From Kiritimatiella glycovorans (GTDB taxonomy: Bacteria > Verrucomicrobiota > Kiritimatiellia > Kiritimatiellales > Kiritimatiellaceae): a DNA stretch of 32,000 bases. Of this stretch, positions 29,747 to 32,000 are shown in pieces (position 1 is the first letter of the stretch; every line of letters starts with the position of its first letter). The translations under genes were made by a program, and so were the position numbers. The notes beneath the pieces were generated by a model. The model was not told the origin of the DNA and made no database searches. It worked only from the letters and a program-made list of their open reading frames with translations. Location of the stretch: assembly GCF_001017655.1 (NCBI RefSeq), contig NZ_CP010904.1:2400001-2432000 (forward strand). The letters are read 5' to 3'.

Positions 29747-29874
29747 TGCTTCTGCGGGCCTGACCCCCGCTACATCTTCATTGTGAAGGACTTACCTTCT
29801 GCGGGTCTGACCCCCGCTACATGCTTCTGCGGGTCTGACCCCCGCTACATCTTCATTGTGAAGGACTTACATCC
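29747..29874. repeat. Cluster of three REP-like units (CTTCTGCGGGYCTGACCCCCGCTACAT), two followed by CTTCATTGTGAAGGACTTA
   Basis: Direct copies begin near 29750, 29797 and 29825. Each contains the hairpin GCGGG-N7-CCCGC, and the extension contains the hairpin CTTCA-TTG-TGAAG. The cluster overlaps the 3' end of the RAYT-like gene. Confidence 0.85.
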
Positions 29875-30656
29875 CACCTCAATCGGTTTCCTGCGCTTAG
29901 GGCCTCAATTCCATCGTCGGAAAAGATGTCGTAAGCTCCTCGCGCCTCACGAAGCGTCGCACATTCCTCGGCCTCTTCTATACGACAGGCGTCCACATCG
30001 ATCCCGAACTCCCGTTTTACCCGCGCAATGTACGCAGGGCTTCCGAGCGCCAGTTTTTCGCTCCAATAATACTCACGGCTCAGCAACGAACCTCGTTCGC
30101 GGATTGCCGCATCCACACGCTCCCTTCGCCAGGCGCTCAGTTCCTCTTGATTAGATAACCCCGCCAGTTGCACCAGCAGGCTTCGGTCAATTCGCCCGTA
30201 TCTCTTCGGTCTGCGCTCAAGCTCATGGTACCCGCCAAAGGACCATTCCGAGGGATGCCTGACCACTCCGGCCCGAACCATATTCAGGTCGATATAGGTC
30301 ATACAGCGCCTCAAGTGGGTGCCATTTTCCACGGCCGTCGCGTGATAGCGGTCTTCCCAGAATGCTCCCTGGCGATGCTTACGCGCGTTATATTCCTGCG
30401 CCACACGGCCCGCCATAAGCTGCATCGCGCGGGGAATGGCCATCCGGTTGCCGGAACCGTGTACCAGAAGATGGATGTGATTTGACGTCACCACGTAATT
30501 GAGCACCTGAAGCCCATATCGTTTTTTCGCCTCAAACAACCAGTGCATCCAACGCCGTCGGTCTCTCGCGAAACGAAACAGAAATTCGCGCTTGTGACAC
30601 CGGTGCGTCAGGTGCCAGGTGTGACCGGGAAGGTAGAAGCGGTGGGGGCGGACCAT
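29853..30656 (-). CDS. REP-associated tyrosine transposase-like protein (IS200/IS605 Y1 HUH family, RAYT-like)
   Basis: 267 aa with YHLTHRC-type N-terminus (HTWHLTHRCHKREFLF), the HUH motif (SNHIHLLV), and the catalytic Tyr region (GAFWEDRYHATAV). It is flanked by REP-like hairpins in opposite orientation. Confidence 0.85.
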   Translation of the reverse strand: MVRPHRFYLPGHTWHLTHRCHKREFLFRFARDRRRWMHWLFEAKKRYGLQVLNYVVTSNHIHLLVHGSGNRMAIPRAMQLMAGRVAQEYNARKHRQGAFWEDRYHATAVENGTHLRRCMTYIDLNMVRAGVVRHPSEWSFGGYHELERRPKRYGRIDRSLLVQLAGLSNQEELSAWRRERVDAAIRERGSLLSREYYWSEKLALGSPAYIARVKREFGIDVDACRIEEAEECATLREARGAYDIFSDDGIEALSAGNRLRWDVSPSQ

Positions 30657-30792
30657 GGCGTAACCTTGCCACCTGCCCCCCTTGTCGTCAACGCGCCCGC
30701 GCTTAGAACTTCGTTTTTAGGGCCGTAATTGATCCCCTAAGACCAAACAAGCGATTTCAACACACGATTACTCATTCTATTTGAACCGCTTA

Positions 30793-30808
30793 CGGGGGTC
30801 AGACCCCG
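30793..30808. repeat. Inverted copy of the REP core (CGGGGGTCAGACCCCG) on the other side of the RAYT gene
   Basis: CGGGGGTCAGACCC is the reverse complement of GGGTCTGACCCCCG, found in the 29747-29874 cluster. Confidence 0.7.
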
Positions 30809-30824
30809 TTTCACTACAGCGGCA

Positions 30825-32000
30825 CGGATCATCCCCACGCGTGTGGGGAGAACGGTCGCGGCTAGCGCCATGAGGCTGAGGATATAGGATCATCCCCACG
30901 CGTGTGGGGAGAACTTTTCTTTGGTTGGTTATCCGATTGCATGAAGAGGATCATCCCCACGCGTGTGGGGAGAACGCTAGCGGAAATCGACAAGACACGC
31001 GCAGTGACGGATCATCCCCACGCGTGTGGGGAGAACGAAACTAAAAGCGGTGTCATTCCAAGTAAAGTCGGATCATCCCCACGCGTGTGGGGAGAACTCC
31101 CACAGGGTTTTGTCGGCGTTGTCGCTGTACGGATCATCCCCACGCGTGTGGGGAGAACATATTTTCGGAAGTTACAAGGAAAACAAATATCGGATCATCC
31201 CCACGCGTGTGGGGAGAACTCCTCAATTGGATTGTTAAGTCGAACTTGGTTCGGATCATCCCCACGCGTGTGGGGAGAACCCACGCCAAGGCGCAACGCT
31301 ATTACCGACAAACGGATCATCCCCACGCGTGTGGGGAGAACCCACCATGATTTAATGAATAAACCCGATTGTTCGGATCATCCCCACGCGTGTGGGGAGA
31401 ACTCCACAATTGTTACGACGAAACGCGGTATATGCGGATCATCCCCACGCGTGTGGGGAGAACTCTTTCAGGTCGGTCGCTTCTTGCGGTTCCAACGGAT
31501 CATCCCCACGCGTGTGGGGAGAACGGGGGGTTGTTTTCTTGGGGAAATAAAAGCCGACCATCATCCCCACGCGTGTGGGGAGAACGGAGCAGCATGAGGC
31601 CAACGTCAATGCTCACTCGGATCATCCCCACGCGTGTGGGGAGAACGAACAGCGACTTGCGACGACGCCATGTTTTGTCGGATCATCCCCACGCGTGTGG
31701 GGAGAACCCTAATTTGCCGTTGGGTTGCCAAGGTCTTGGCGGATCATCCCCACGCGTGTGGGGAGAACTGCCCTCTATGTTCCGCACCTTCATTTTGCGC
31801 CGGATCATCCCCACGCGTGTGGGGAGAACGCATCGAATTGCAACCCTGTCGAACTCGATCTCGGATCATCCCCACGCGTGTGGGGAGAACCAGATCAGAT
31901 CCGCGGAAGTGCTGGTAAAGAACGGATCATCCCCACGCGTGTGGGGAGAACGTTTGCAAGTGCTCCAGATAGGGTGAGTTTGCCGGATCATCCCCACGCG
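30825..32000 (-). CRISPR. Type I-E-like CRISPR array, 19 complete repeats plus a partial 20th, 19 spacers, continuing beyond the window
   Basis: The 29-nt repeat CGGATCATCCCCACGCGTGTGGGGAGAAC occurs at exact 61-nt period from 30825 to 31984, with unique 32-nt spacers. Its reverse complement GTTCTCCCCACACGCGTGGGGATGATCCG has the I-E architecture: a CCCCAC/GTGGGG stem and an 8-nt handle AUGAUCCG. Transcription is therefore inferred on the minus strand, with the leader beyond 32000. Confidence 0.97.

Noticed and set aside
30902-31977. ORFs 30902..31597, 31026..31238, 31087..31350, 31369..31977 and 31634..31918, with repeating peptides ([26 protein letters not shown]).
   Set aside because: They are translations of the CRISPR repeat in three frames. 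The periodicity equals the 61-nt repeat-spacer unit, so they are not genes.

Overview
High-GC (roughly 65%) bacterial chromosomal window, mostly housekeeping genes, with three accessory patches. Content suggests a halophilic, sulfatase-bearing PVC-type bacterium; this is inference only (Tat-signal sulfatase, SHD1-domain protein, GSMT/SDMT glycine-betaine pathway).

Gene order:
- 5'-partial cation:proton antiporter with a CBS pair
- vapBC toxin-antitoxin pair
- IS110-family insertion sequence, bracketed by a perfect 112-bp direct duplication that includes the 3' end of the adjacent HAD-IIA phosphatase gene
- EF-hand secreted protein, CDF metal exporter, Mrp/ApbC
- pyrK-pyrD-galE-lon-LolA-like cluster (+ strand)
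- tightly packed minus-strand run: sulfatase, cupin, FeoC-like, PF03773-type permease, PolX
- SAM methyltransferase
- feoB-feoA, with feoB interrupted by an in-frame TAG
- SHD1/C39-like secreted protein, then enolase
- GSMT and SDMT (de novo glycine betaine synthesis)
- CDP-alcohol phosphatidyltransferase
- Tat-signal Fe-type SOD
- REP-flanked RAYT-like Y1 transposase
- type I-E-like CRISPR array: 29-nt repeats, 32-nt spacers, 19 complete repeats plus a partial 20th, running off the window end. No cas genes are visible.

Most unusual observations:
- the IS110 element: its 112-bp flanking duplication, structured non-coding arms, and a possible guide-like match to a host repeat motif
- a dispersed intergenic motif family (AATCGGGAYTCACC + CAYGAAGG units), accompanied by period-6 low-complexity blocks in many intergenic regions
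- the amber-interrupted feoB

I found no clearly novel multi-gene system. The candidates above are hypotheses and need database or RNA-level checks.
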